DNA from: Candidatus Poriferihabitaceae bacterium
Lineage (GTDB): Bacteria; Pseudomonadota; Gammaproteobacteria; Arenicellales; Poriferihabitantaceae
Assembly: GCA_965223465.1 (NCBI GenBank)
Contig: OZ245025.1
Span: 295,009-359,008 of the forward strand
Reading direction: 5' to 3'
Length of the DNA: 64,000 nucleotides
Of the stretch, positions 31,288 to 41,244 are shown piece after piece (position 1 is the stretch's first letter; every line of letters starts with the position of its first letter). The translations under genes were made by a program, and so were the position numbers. The notes below the pieces were generated by a model that saw only the letters and a list, made by a program, of their open reading frames with translations, had not been told where the DNA came from and ran no database searches.

Positions 31288-31605
31288 TCACTCAAGAGAC
31301 AAGCCTTGAATTTTTGGGTAGTCATTTACACACGTATTGTCGTTCACATACAGTTTAACTTCATTGCCCGATGCTTTAGCAGAAAGTAACATCGCATGGT
31401 AGCGATCAAAAGGTGGGAAATCAGCATCAATATGATAGGTAACCGCTGAGCACCCAGCCGGGTTAATTCTCGTTCCACTGGTTGTGATCCACAAACTTCC
31501 CGTCGATCCCAATTGCAATTTAGTTACAGTGACTTTACTTGTCCATGCTGCGGATGCAGTCTGAGAAAAACCAAGAATTAAACATGCTAAAAGGACCTTT
31601 TTCAT
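31288..31605 (-). CDS. Small secreted protein (possible AB5 B-subunit-like OB fold)
   Basis: GAGG RBS before ATG 31605; signal peptide MKKVLLACLILGFSQTASA; two Cys in the mature part. Confidence 0.7.
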   Translation of the reverse strand: MKKVLLACLILGFSQTASAAWTSKVTVTKLQLGSTGSLWITTSGTRINPAGCSAVTYHIDADFPPFDRYHAMLLSAKASGNEVKLYVNDNTCVNDYPKIQGLSLE

Positions 31606-31665
31606 AAAGGCATCCTCTATTTTACGATGGTTCAGGTTTAGCATTAAAACGACCTATCATCTGCG

Positions 31666-32067
31666 TTATAACAATAAACCCATTATAAACGGAACAATAT
31701 TGATGCGTTTTTTCAGGACGGTAAATGTATCGATCACCTTATTGTAGTAATTATCCACCACGGTATTCTTTCTAAGCGCGCATTCGCTGGCGACGGTAAG
31801 TGGGTCATCAACATATTGGTTGTCCATTGAACCCCAGCTAAGCGTCGTGTTCATCTCATATCTGTCCTGATACTCCAAAAACGCATTCTTATCTGCGGTC
31901 CCGCCCCAGGTAACCGATGCCGGATCAATCGTAACATCCAGGTTTTTCCATTCGGTTGGGCAAGCCATTTCAACCAGTTCGGTTGGCGTGTGACTTACGA
32001 CTGCATGTGCGGTTGAAAGGCTCATTCCAATCACACAACCCAACATTATTTTGAGGTAAATTTTCAT
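31666..32067 (-). CDS. Small secreted protein with hydrophobic C-terminal tail
   Basis: Signal peptide ending in AHA; C-terminus KKRINIVPFIMGLLL. Confidence 0.7.
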   Translation of the reverse strand: MKIYLKIMLGCVIGMSLSTAHAVVSHTPTELVEMACPTEWKNLDVTIDPASVTWGGTADKNAFLEYQDRYEMNTTLSWGSMDNQYVDDPLTVASECALRKNTVVDNYYNKVIDTFTVLKKRINIVPFIMGLLL

Positions 32068-32205
32068 CGTACGCTTCCTGTTTCCTTGTTCTTCGCAGTG
32101 TTTAATTTTCTGCCATTTCTTAGGCCGCGATCATAGCATTTTTTTCTCAAGCTGAGTAAAATACCGCGCAATAATTAAGTATTTATATTGAGGATTGACA
32201 GGGAC

Positions 32206-35200
32206 ATGGTGAAACGACTTTCACCCCAGGCTAAGTCTGGGAAATTAAAGCTTAATGTACACCTGATATTTGGTCTTAGTTTATTGTTTTGCGTTCCTGA
32301 TTTTTCATACGCGCAGACGGATATAGATCAGGTGGGTGCCGATGCGGGCAGTTTTTCGGTTGATAATAGTGGCGCAGGTAGCTGGAGTGTTCCGATTGAA
32401 ACCCCGCCCGGTATTCGCGGATTAGCCCCCAAGCTCTCCGTCGGTATATCGACTTCAAAAGCAAACGGCCCTGTGGGGCAAGGTGGAACGCTATCAGGTG
32501 CATCTTCGATCAGCCGTTGCACCAAAACCATCGCCAGTGATGGCACCAATAGCAAGATTGATATCAGTACATCGGATGAATATTGCCTGGATGGCAATCG
32601 CCTGATTCTGATTGCAGGTACACACGGAGCGGCGGGTTCAGAATACCGTACCGAGATGGAGAGCTTTCAAAGGATTGTTGCCAATGGTAGTGCGGGTGGT
32701 GCAGGGCCAGCTTCGTTTACTGTAACTTCCCGCTCAGGGACGAAGATGACTTACGGGGGTTGGCCAGCCTCTCGTGTCTTGCATGGTTCAGGTGCTGTAC
32801 TTAGTTGGCGTATCAGCCAGCTGGAGGATACCAGTAGTAACTACATGGACTATGCGTACAGCAATGATCCAGCCGAGTCGGTGCTGTATGAGATTAATTA
32901 CGGCGGCAATACCAATGCCAACCAGGATCATTTTCTTAAGGTTAAGCTCGTCTATGAAGCCCGCCCGGATCAAAGTACGGGTTATAGCTTTGGTCAATTG
33001 GTTCAAAATACCAAAAGGCTTGCCAATGTACAGACTTTTACTGATGGTGCGCTGGTCAGAAACTATCACCTGAGTTATGCGTTAAACGAAGTCAGCGGCC
33101 AGTCTAGGTTGAGCCAGTTTCAAGAGTGCGCGGTGGGTGATGAAGGCGAAGTATGCCTGGCGCCTACTACATTCGATTACACACCAGAAAATGGCAACTG
33201 GATCACTTCTTCCAGTGCCAGTATACCCACGCCTACGCAAGGGCCTGATGGTCAACCCTACGGTTTAACGACCGATATTAACAATGATGGCTGGCAGGAC
33301 TGGCTGGTGTCTGTGCGCTATACAGATGGCAGTGTGAATAACCAAACCTGGTTGGGTAGCGAAACAGGGTTTTCAAGCGATATCAACTGGCAGCTCCCTG
33401 CAATTTTATATGACTATCAGCTGCATGCAGATGGCCTGGGTACCGCGCAGCTGGTCGATGTAAATGGTGATGGCTATCTGGATGTCATCGAAGCCTATCA
33501 AACCGCATCGGGAATCACCAAAAACGTCTGGCTAAACAGCGGAAGTAGTTTTAACCCTACGTCACAGTTTGTGCTACCGGATGTGTTTTTCTCTACGGTT
33601 AACTTAGCCCGTGGTGAAACCAGATTACGCTTTGCTGAGTTAAACGGCGATGGTTTGGCCGACGCGCTTGTTTATACTCGAGATCGAACCGACACCACCA
33701 CACGCAAGGCGTGGATTAATAATGGTACCGGCTGGATAGAAGATCCAGACTGGTTACCCAAACAAATATTATCTGACTACAAAGAGTCCTCTTATCCCGG
33801 CGAGTACGAGCATGCCACCTTGGCGGATATCAATGGTGATGGTCTGGCGGATTACGTACAAGCGGTTTTTCATGGTAGCACAGGAAACAACGATAAGCTT
33901 GTTTGGTTGAATACGGGTAATGGCTGGGAGCTTGATTCTGGTTACGCACCGCCCATAGAGCTATTAGATTATGCTGCCCATCAACGTGGTCACCCCAAAG
34001 GCCGTCTGGTTGATCTCAATGGGGATGGTCTTTTGGATATTGCCCAGGCAATCACCAGAGCGGATAACTCAACCGTCAGTAACGCCTGGCTCAATACCGG
34101 CGAAGGTTGGCTCAGCGCACCGTGGTGGGCACTACCTGCCTCAATGGCCCGCTATAAAGCGGATGGCCATACCGATATGCTGGGTGTGATGATGGACTTA
34201 AACGGGGATGGCAAACCTGAATTCGTCCAATCTTATCGAAGCGCCAGTGGGGCAACCATTTTTAACGCGTGGGAACACAATGGTGTTGGTTGGCTCAGCA
34301 GCAATGTGACCGCCTTGCCCGCGCCGTTGTTTAAACACCACAGCAATGGCAGCAGTACGTCATACGCGCAAATCGCAGATATCGACAGTGATGGCGTTGC
34401 GGATATATTCACCGCACAAAGCGGGTTGAGTAATACCGTCTATACCCACCCCGCCACAGTTGCTGGAGAAGTGGCGGGCTTTCTACGCCAGATAACAAAT
34501 GGCCTGGGGCTGGAAACCAAAATCCACTATGCAAATTCCAATGACGATGCGGTGTATATTCCGGCAACCTTGTCTCCCTGGCCCAATATCGCTAATAATG
34601 CTAACCGCATCCTGATCCAGAGTTCTAAAATCAGTAACGGACTGGGTGGTTGGAATGAGGCATTTCATCAGTATAGCGAGGCAAAGGTCAATGTTACCGG
34701 CAGAGGCAGCTTGGGCTTTGCCAGCCATAGCGCCGCTGATGGGCGTAGCGGTATAAAAGTAACGACCGAGTTTTATCAGAACTTTCCTTTCGCTGGGATG
34801 GTTAAAGCCTCGTCTAACGAAAAGCCTAATGCAGACCAAACTTATACGACGCTTTCTAGCTCCAGTTCCACTCCAGAACAACGTACTTTAAATGCAGGCA
34901 AAACAATATATGCCTATGCTAAATCCAGTGTCAGCCATGACTACGATTTACATACCGGGGCTTGGATTCAAACAAAACAGCTCACCACTACTCAGGACGA
35001 TTACGGCAATACCATCGAATCAACCGAAATTGTAAGCAATGCCAATAGTGAGGAGATCACAACCCAGCGCACTGTCACGCCTGATCTTGATCTGGTTAAC
35101 TGGATACTGGATAAAACCAGTTCCACCACCGAAACCATCAGCCAACCGGGCAAACCCAGCCATACGTCTACGGTTGTACATAGTGAATACTATCCGAATA

Positions 35201-38200
35201 CCAACCTGCTGAAAACGGAAGTGCTGGAACCCAACCTGGCGCATTCGCTGACATCGACGCACGAGTACGACGTATTTGGGAATCGTACCAAAACTACAAT
35301 TAGCCCAACCACCAGCCAAACTCCTGCACTTGCTCCACGAGAGACGATTACAAACTTTATTCATGCCACGGGACGCAAGGATGGGCGCTTTCCTTTATCG
35401 GCTACCAATACGCTGAACCATACTGCCTATAGTGAGTATGATGGCCGCTATGGTAAGCCGACACTGGTCACCGATGCCAATGGGGTTAAGAAGAAATACT
35501 ACTACAACGCTTTTGGTGTGCAGCTAAATGAAACCGTACTTCGAGAAAATGAGCCCGAACCTTCAGGGAAAGATGTCGCCATACCACATTGGTGTACGGC
35601 ACAAAATGAGTGCCCCGAAAACGCAGTCTATTTTATTGCGGCGCTGGATAATCAGCGTGAAGCCCCGGAAGCCGCCTATTATGATGCGTACGGGCGCGAA
35701 ATACGCCGCCAGACGCATGGTATGGGGGGCGCGGTTATTTATCAGGATACGGAGTACGATGCTTATGGACGCAAGGCAAAGGTATCCAATCACTATTTTA
35801 AAGATCAAACTTCCCCTATCTTATGGAAAGAGACACTATATGATGTGCTGGACCGACCTACCCAGATCACCATGCCAGACAATGGTATCACCACCTATGT
35901 CTATGATGGATTGACCACCACCGTAACCAATGCGCTAACTCAGGACACCATCGTTACTACAAACATCCTGGGCAAGCCTAAACAGAGTACCGATGATACA
36001 GGCAGCAGTACTGATTTTACTTATGATGTGCGTGGCAACCTGCTCACTACTACTGACTCGGCGGGCAATCAGATCATCAACGAGTACGACCACTTTGGCC
36101 GTAAAAAGACCATGGATGATCCAGATATGGGGTACTGGCAGTATTTTTATGATGCCTATGGGCAGATGACTTCGCAGCTTGACGCTAAAGGCCAAACGGT
36201 GGCGATGGAGTATGACGCACTGGGGCGCTTGAAAACCAGAACGGAACTTGAGGGCGTGACGTCCTGGACGTATGACAGCGCAGCGAATGGTAAAGGTAAG
36301 CTCGCCAGCGTGACCAGCCCGGGTTATTCACGTACCCTGGAATACGATACGCTGGGTCGCGTGGATAAATCAACCATTACCACAAGCGGCAAGAGTTATG
36401 CCACAGAGTTTGGCTATCAGGGCGTGTTGGAAAAAGTCGATTGGGTCAAATACCCGACTGGCCTGGTAGTACACAAGGATTATGACGATTATGGATTTCC
36501 AACAGAATTGGAAAGTGTTGATCTGGCGAAATATCAGGCCTATCGCAATAAGCTCGACGAGGCCAACGATTATTATCGCCAGGCAATGATGCTAGAGGAG
36601 CAATACAAAGATGAGTACGAGGCCTTAAAAGCCTTTATCGACCCACATTTTGATCTGATTAATGCAGCGTACAACAGGGCCGCACCTTATATAAATATGA
36701 TCGGTAAAACCAGCAATAAAGAGCTACAGCATAACGAACTTGCGATTGCCTACAATACCGAATATCAGCGTAACCTAGGACACTACAATAATCATATAGA
36801 TGACGCAGAAGAGGATTTGGCTACAGCGGGCACATATTTTACCGCATCTGAAGATTACGAGCGTCTCGCTACGCGAGATTATTATCCGACCTACATTGAT
36901 TATATGCATCGTGGTTGCGCCAATTTAGGGTCGGAGGCGAACTCTGGTGATTGTGCGGGAATCGGGCCAGGTGGGTACACTCCCTATTACGATCCGCCCA
37001 CAGCTTTGAGTTGGTTTAATGCGGCCGCGCCTTATGGAGAAGAGTACGAGCGATTAATGGGCATCGCTCAAACTAAATACAATGCTTATGTCAGTTACAC
37101 CAACCGGGCTAACGATCACTATGATGATGCCGCGGCATATGAAGAAGAGCTATCCATCTACGGTGCACAGGTAGGCAGCCACACCAATATCCAATTGGCT
37201 TTTCAGGCACGCAGAGAGGGGTATGAAAATGCTATGGCGGGTGATTTTGGCCGCTGGGCAAACAGGGACGACGCGGGTAATGATTGTATTGCGTGGGCCA
37301 AAGATGACCCTGACGATGACTCATGCGTGACTGAGTTAGGCATTTATCAGAATGAGTGGAACGAGATTGACGAAGAGGTAGAGCGTTATGAAGAAATTCT
37401 TGATCTGATAAAAGCGCAGGTTGATCTGGGTGATATTGCTAAGCAAGAAGCGGATGATTTGTATGACGAGTACAAGAACAGCGCTACTATCTACTGGACG
37501 GCTCTGAAGGCCGATGCCAACGGCCAGATCACAAAAGCCGAATACGGGAACGGGGTTGAAAGTAACTGGACGTATGATGAGATGGGCCGAATGGGCACGA
37601 TTCACACTACCACGCCGTATACCGATACCATTCAAACCAGCAGTACCATCCAAAATGAGTTATATGAATTTGATTCGCTGGGCAATCTCGACTACCGCCA
37701 TGATTTAGCCTATGACTTTAAAGAAGATTTTGAGTATGACACCTTAAATCGTTTGACCCAATCAGTGGTCTCGGGAACGGGGGCAAGCTTGTATGCTGCA
37801 GTCGGATTAACCACCATTGATTTTAGTTATGATGCACTAGGTAATATCACCAATAAATCGGATGTGACCGGCCAGAGCAGTGGCAATCACTATAGCTATG
37901 GACAAAATAACGCTGGCCCACACGCAGTCACCCACATCGGTGGTAGTAAAAACACCAGCTTCACCTATGACGCCAACGGTAATCAGCTAACGGGTAACGG
38001 CAGAACCATTACCTATACCTCGTTCAACAAGCCTGATCAAGTCAGCAAGGCAGGCAACGAGACAAATATGACTTATGGCCCAGGCCGAGAATTAATTCGT
38101 CAGGTGGAAACGACTGATGGTCAAACTACAACCACCACCTATATCGGTGGATTGTACGAAGAGCTGGAAAAAAGTGGTAGCACCAAGGCCAAGCATCATC

Positions 38201-39726
38201 TGACCATTGCTGGACAAACTGTCGCGGTCATCCAGCACGATGTGCTAGGCACACCGCAGGCACCAAGCTACGAATACGATGACACCCATTATCTGCACAA
38301 GGATCATCTGAACTCCATTACGGCAATTACAGATCAGGATGGCAAGCTGGTAGAGCGCTTTCATTATGATGCGTTTGGGCAGAGAAGAACCGCGATTGCG
38401 GCGCCATATGCAAACCTGGCGGCAGCAGGCACCTTCCCGATTACCAGCCGGGGCTATACCGGGCATAAGCAGATGTCCGGGACTGAACTGATTCACATGG
38501 GTGGTCGGGTGTATGACCCAGAAGTGGGTCGTTTTCTCTCTGCGGACCCGCACATTCAAAGCCCACTCAATACCCAAAGTCTGAATCGTTACAGCTATGT
38601 GAATAACAATCCACTTTCATTTACTGACCCGAGCGGTTATTTCCTGAGCAAGTTGTTTAAAGGTCTTAAAAAGCTGTTTAAGAAAATCGCCAAGATGATC
38701 AAGAAGGTGCTGAAGGCCATCGTCAAGGCCGTCAAGGTCGTGGCGAAAGTGGTCAAGAAAGTCGTTAAAGCGGTGAAGAAATATGCCAAGGTGATTGCTG
38801 CTGTGGCCGTGGCAGTGGTGGCTCCGTATGCCATTGCAGTACTGCAGGGAATGACTGTCGCAGCAGCAGCATCGTTGAGTTTAAGCGCGGTTGCAGTCGA
38901 AATAGGGGCAATGGGAGCACTAGCAGCTGGGGCACTAGGAGGTGGTCTAGCCGGTCTTATAACAACTGGTAGCCTTAAGGGAATGTTAATTGGTGCGGTT
39001 TCTGGCGCGGCCTTCGCTGGAATTGGCAACTACTTCGGTGGGCTAGGGAAGGCTTCAGCACTAACGAAAATAGCTGACAATGGGAAGTTAGTTCTAAGTG
39101 GTCTAGGGAAAGCCGCGAAGATAATTTCTCATGGCATCGCAGGCGGTGTTAGAACGGTATTGAGTGGAGGGAAATTCAAGACTGGATTCTTATCAGCTGG
39201 TTTTACACAAGCAGCTTCACCAATGATTGGCCGCATTGAAAGTGATATGGGACAGGTGGTTGCTGCAGGTGTGGTTGGTGGTGTTGGTTCAGAAATAGCG
39301 GGAGGAAAATTTGAAGACGGGTTTGTGACAGGGGTTTTTTCCAGGGTATTTAACGATATGCTGGAAGACGGGCATAGATCTCCTTCATGGCTAAAAATAA
39401 AGAAGTTCCGTGAATATTGGACGGGAAAAGCTAACGCAAATTATCCGTTGGGTTCTGCGGAACACAACGCCTACCGTCATTGCTCAGCTGCGTGTGATTT
39501 AACACAACAAACTGGAGATCCAGTTCTTTCGAATCGTATTGGGGCTCTAAGAGAATTACCCAATCCATTTAAAGTGAGCAGCCGGGTTGATTTACACAAT
39601 AATCATGTTGGTTCACTGCTTGGTTACAATAATCCTTCCAACTCTTGCGATGTAATGTGTGGTACAGCTGTTAATAATGGAGGTCAATACTCTCCCGAAT
39701 ATCCAGACTTGGAAATGAAACCATGA
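32206..39726 (+). CDS. Large RHS/YD-repeat toxin, TcB-TcC-like (SpvB-like N-domain, FG-GAP propeller, RHS shell, C-terminal toxin)
   Basis: Signal peptide ending SYA-Q; G.FSV..SGA..WSVPI..PPG..GL.P.L; seven D.NGDG..D-type repeats; YD repeats; HMGGRVYDP..GRFLSADP and NPLSFTDPSG RHS core. Confidence 0.92.
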   Translation: MVKRLSPQAKSGKLKLNVHLIFGLSLLFCVPDFSYAQTDIDQVGADAGSFSVDNSGAGSWSVPIETPPGIRGLAPKLSVGISTSKANGPVGQGGTLSGASSISRCTKTIASDGTNSKIDISTSDEYCLDGNRLILIAGTHGAAGSEYRTEMESFQRIVANGSAGGAGPASFTVTSRSGTKMTYGGWPASRVLHGSGAVLSWRISQLEDTSSNYMDYAYSNDPAESVLYEINYGGNTNANQDHFLKVKLVYEARPDQSTGYSFGQLVQNTKRLANVQTFTDGALVRNYHLSYALNEVSGQSRLSQFQECAVGDEGEVCLAPTTFDYTPENGNWITSSSASIPTPTQGPDGQPYGLTTDINNDGWQDWLVSVRYTDGSVNNQTWLGSETGFSSDINWQLPAILYDYQLHADGLGTAQLVDVNGDGYLDVIEAYQTASGITKNVWLNSGSSFNPTSQFVLPDVFFSTVNLARGETRLRFAELNGDGLADALVYTRDRTDTTTRKAWINNGTGWIEDPDWLPKQILSDYKESSYPGEYEHATLADINGDGLADYVQAVFHGSTGNNDKLVWLNTGNGWELDSGYAPPIELLDYAAHQRGHPKGRLVDLNGDGLLDIAQAITRADNSTVSNAWLNTGEGWLSAPWWALPASMARYKADGHTDMLGVMMDLNGDGKPEFVQSYRSASGATIFNAWEHNGVGWLSSNVTALPAPLFKHHSNGSSTSYAQIADIDSDGVADIFTAQSGLSNTVYTHPATVAGEVAGFLRQITNGLGLETKIHYANSNDDAVYIPATLSPWPNIANNANRILIQSSKISNGLGGWNEAFHQYSEAKVNVTGRGSLGFASHSAADGRSGIKVTTEFYQNFPFAGMVKASSNEKPNADQTYTTLSSSSSTPEQRTLNAGKTIYAYAKSSVSHDYDLHTGAWIQTKQLTTTQDDYGNTIESTEIVSNANSEEITTQRTVTPDLDLVNWILDKTSSTTETISQPGKPSHTSTVVHSEYYPNTNLLKTEVLEPNLAHSLTSTHEYDVFGNRTKTTISPTTSQTPALAPRETITNFIHATGRKDGRFPLSATNTLNHTAYSEYDGRYGKPTLVTDANGVKKKYYYNAFGVQLNETVLRENEPEPSGKDVAIPHWCTAQNECPENAVYFIAALDNQREAPEAAYYDAYGREIRRQTHGMGGAVIYQDTEYDAYGRKAKVSNHYFKDQTSPILWKETLYDVLDRPTQITMPDNGITTYVYDGLTTTVTNALTQDTIVTTNILGKPKQSTDDTGSSTDFTYDVRGNLLTTTDSAGNQIINEYDHFGRKKTMDDPDMGYWQYFYDAYGQMTSQLDAKGQTVAMEYDALGRLKTRTELEGVTSWTYDSAANGKGKLASVTSPGYSRTLEYDTLGRVDKSTITTSGKSYATEFGYQGVLEKVDWVKYPTGLVVHKDYDDYGFPTELESVDLAKYQAYRNKLDEANDYYRQAMMLEEQYKDEYEALKAFIDPHFDLINAAYNRAAPYINMIGKTSNKELQHNELAIAYNTEYQRNLGHYNNHIDDAEEDLATAGTYFTASEDYERLATRDYYPTYIDYMHRGCANLGSEANSGDCAGIGPGGYTPYYDPPTALSWFNAAAPYGEEYERLMGIAQTKYNAYVSYTNRANDHYDDAAAYEEELSIYGAQVGSHTNIQLAFQARREGYENAMAGDFGRWANRDDAGNDCIAWAKDDPDDDSCVTELGIYQNEWNEIDEEVERYEEILDLIKAQVDLGDIAKQEADDLYDEYKNSATIYWTALKADANGQITKAEYGNGVESNWTYDEMGRMGTIHTTTPYTDTIQTSSTIQNELYEFDSLGNLDYRHDLAYDFKEDFEYDTLNRLTQSVVSGTGASLYAAVGLTTIDFSYDALGNITNKSDVTGQSSGNHYSYGQNNAGPHAVTHIGGSKNTSFTYDANGNQLTGNGRTITYTSFNKPDQVSKAGNETNMTYGPGRELIRQVETTDGQTTTTTYIGGLYEELEKSGSTKAKHHLTIAGQTVAVIQHDVLGTPQAPSYEYDDTHYLHKDHLNSITAITDQDGKLVERFHYDAFGQRRTAIAAPYANLAAAGTFPITSRGYTGHKQMSGTELIHMGGRVYDPEVGRFLSADPHIQSPLNTQSLNRYSYVNNNPLSFTDPSGYFLSKLFKGLKKLFKKIAKMIKKVLKAIVKAVKVVAKVVKKVVKAVKKYAKVIAAVAVAVVAPYAIAVLQGMTVAAAASLSLSAVAVEIGAMGALAAGALGGGLAGLITTGSLKGMLIGAVSGAAFAGIGNYFGGLGKASALTKIADNGKLVLSGLGKAAKIISHGIAGGVRTVLSGGKFKTGFLSAGFTQAASPMIGRIESDMGQVVAAGVVGGVGSEIAGGKFEDGFVTGVFSRVFNDMLEDGHRSPSWLKIKKFREYWTGKANANYPLGSAEHNAYRHCSAACDLTQQTGDPVLSNRIGALRELPNPFKVSSRVDLHNNHVGSLLGYNNPSNSCDVMCGTAVNNGGQYSPEYPDLEMKP
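33271..34410 (+). repeat. Seven FG-GAP/VCBS-like repeats in the RHS protein
   Basis: DINNDGWQD, DVNGDGYLD, ELNGDGLAD, DINGDGLAD, DLNGDGLLD, DLNGDGKPE, DIDSDGVAD at ~60-aa spacing, most followed by a W.N.G.GW-type motif. Confidence 0.85.
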
Positions 39727-40139
39727 AATTGTTATGGGTGCTAGTATTTTTAGGCGCGATTTTTTTTGGGCCTTCGCTGATAGAACTTGCATATAAAAAA
39801 ACTAACATCCCCTTTTCTTCATCAAAATTTGACGCTGAAATCTGGAAAATGACTACTCCATCAGTGGGAACCACCAAATGCGCTAGAGGTTCAATGGTTA
39901 TTGATCTAATCCAAAAAATTGAATCTAATGGATGGAGACGCAAATATATAGTGGATATGCTAGGAGCTTATGCACATTTAAATAAACAAGTAAACATTGA
40001 TAACCAACACTGGGTTCCAATCGAAGATTGTGTATTATTTGATTTGTTATATGGAGGCAGTGGTAAGTATTTAATCCTGGAATTTGACTCAATCAATGAC
40101 AATGCCAAATTAACAAATTGGCACATACGTGAGGGATAG
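39723..40139 (+). CDS. Candidate immunity protein for the RHS toxin (exported or membrane-anchored)
   Basis: ATGA overlap with the RHS stop; AT-rich; N-terminal hydrophobic segment. Confidence 0.6.
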   Translation: MKLLWVLVFLGAIFFGPSLIELAYKKTNIPFSSSKFDAEIWKMTTPSVGTTKCARGSMVIDLIQKIESNGWRRKYIVDMLGAYAHLNKQVNIDNQHWVPIEDCVLFDLLYGGSGKYLILEFDSINDNAKLTNWHIREG

Positions 40140-40285
40140 GAGGAGAGATTGGAGCATAGCTCCTAGAACATAATTTTAATTAAGCATTGAAATAGTACAA
40201 ACAAACCATCTCTTAGTTTCTGGTACTTAAAATCATACAGATAGCTCATTTAGAACAAATTTATAAAATTAAACTACTTAGAAAA

Positions 40286-40726
40286 ATGAACAAAAGATCA
40301 TTAACAAACCGTTTCTCATTCGCACTATTACTCTTGTTACTCGCCTCCTGTGGCGGCGGTGGCAGCTCGAGTTCTGGCTCAGATGCTTCAGAAATTAATG
40401 TATGGCTGGGTAAATGGGGGTTGGTCGGTGGTAACTCAAATATTTGTGGAGGTAACTCCACGATGGTCTCGGGAGAATTTAATTTTAACCAGTCTGGTAG
40501 TGGCATCAACGGTAACTATTCGGTTAGGGTAACCTGCCGTGGTGCTGGCTCAGCTACTGTTAATGGGACAGTAAATAGCACTTTAATTTCTCGTGACCAA
40601 CTCGTACTGGTCGATGATGAAAAAGATATTATTACCTTCTCACGCACTGCAGGAGAAGTATTTGGCATGAAAATAGTTGATCCTGATAGTGGCAGCGAAA
40701 TATCTTCTATTGCATTCAAGAAATAG
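40286..40726 (+). CDS. Hypothetical lipoprotein
   Basis: Lipobox LLASC followed by a GGGGSSSSGS linker and a beta-rich domain. Confidence 0.75.
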   Translation: MNKRSLTNRFSFALLLLLLASCGGGGSSSSGSDASEINVWLGKWGLVGGNSNICGGNSTMVSGEFNFNQSGSGINGNYSVRVTCRGAGSATVNGTVNSTLISRDQLVLVDDEKDIITFSRTAGEVFGMKIVDPDSGSEISSIAFKK

Positions 40727-40772
40727 CTATTAAATTGACCGATTAAATTCAAATGAATATCCATTCCATTTA

Positions 40773-41243
40773 ATGAATAGAAATTCCTACCTGACTGCTT
40801 TCTCAGTAGCACTAATTCTAGCGGCGGTCGTATATTTAGTCTATATGAATCAGCCAGCGCCACATGTCAGCACTAGTTCAGATACATCACCTGAGCAGGA
40901 AACCACTATCGTTACCAAAAAGCAGATTGAGCCAGAAAAAAAAGCTCAGCAATTAGATAAGGGCACGGAGTTGCAGGAAAAGATTATTGCAATGAAAAAG
41001 CGCCAGAAACAACGCGATGCGCAAATGCAGGCTTATCTGCAAGTGACTCCAGCGCCTCAGCGTGTACCTGATCTACCCACAATTGAACCAATAGAAATGG
41101 CTCCAAGTACAACAGGCCTTACGCGAGTACCGGATCAACTTGATGTGAATAGCGGACATACCCTACCTAAAGAGGTCATGGATAAATTCACTACAGAAAC
41201 GGGCCTGACCCAGGCCGAAATTGAAAAAGCAATGAATCGATAA
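40773..41243 (+). CDS. Hypothetical membrane-anchored protein
   Basis: N-terminal TM helix, short coiled coil, Pro-rich region; stop is 1 nt before the next start. Confidence 0.65.
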   Translation: MNRNSYLTAFSVALILAAVVYLVYMNQPAPHVSTSSDTSPEQETTIVTKKQIEPEKKAQQLDKGTELQEKIIAMKKRQKQRDAQMQAYLQVTPAPQRVPDLPTIEPIEMAPSTTGLTRVPDQLDVNSGHTLPKEVMDKFTTETGLTQAEIEKAMNR

Positions 41244-41244
41244 A

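Noticed and set aside
38641-38830. Low-complexity AAG/GTC-rich DNA as a tandem repeat or CRISPR-like array
   Set aside because: Explained by Lys/Val/Ala codons of the amphipathic helix. I noticed no repeat-spacer array anywhere in the window.
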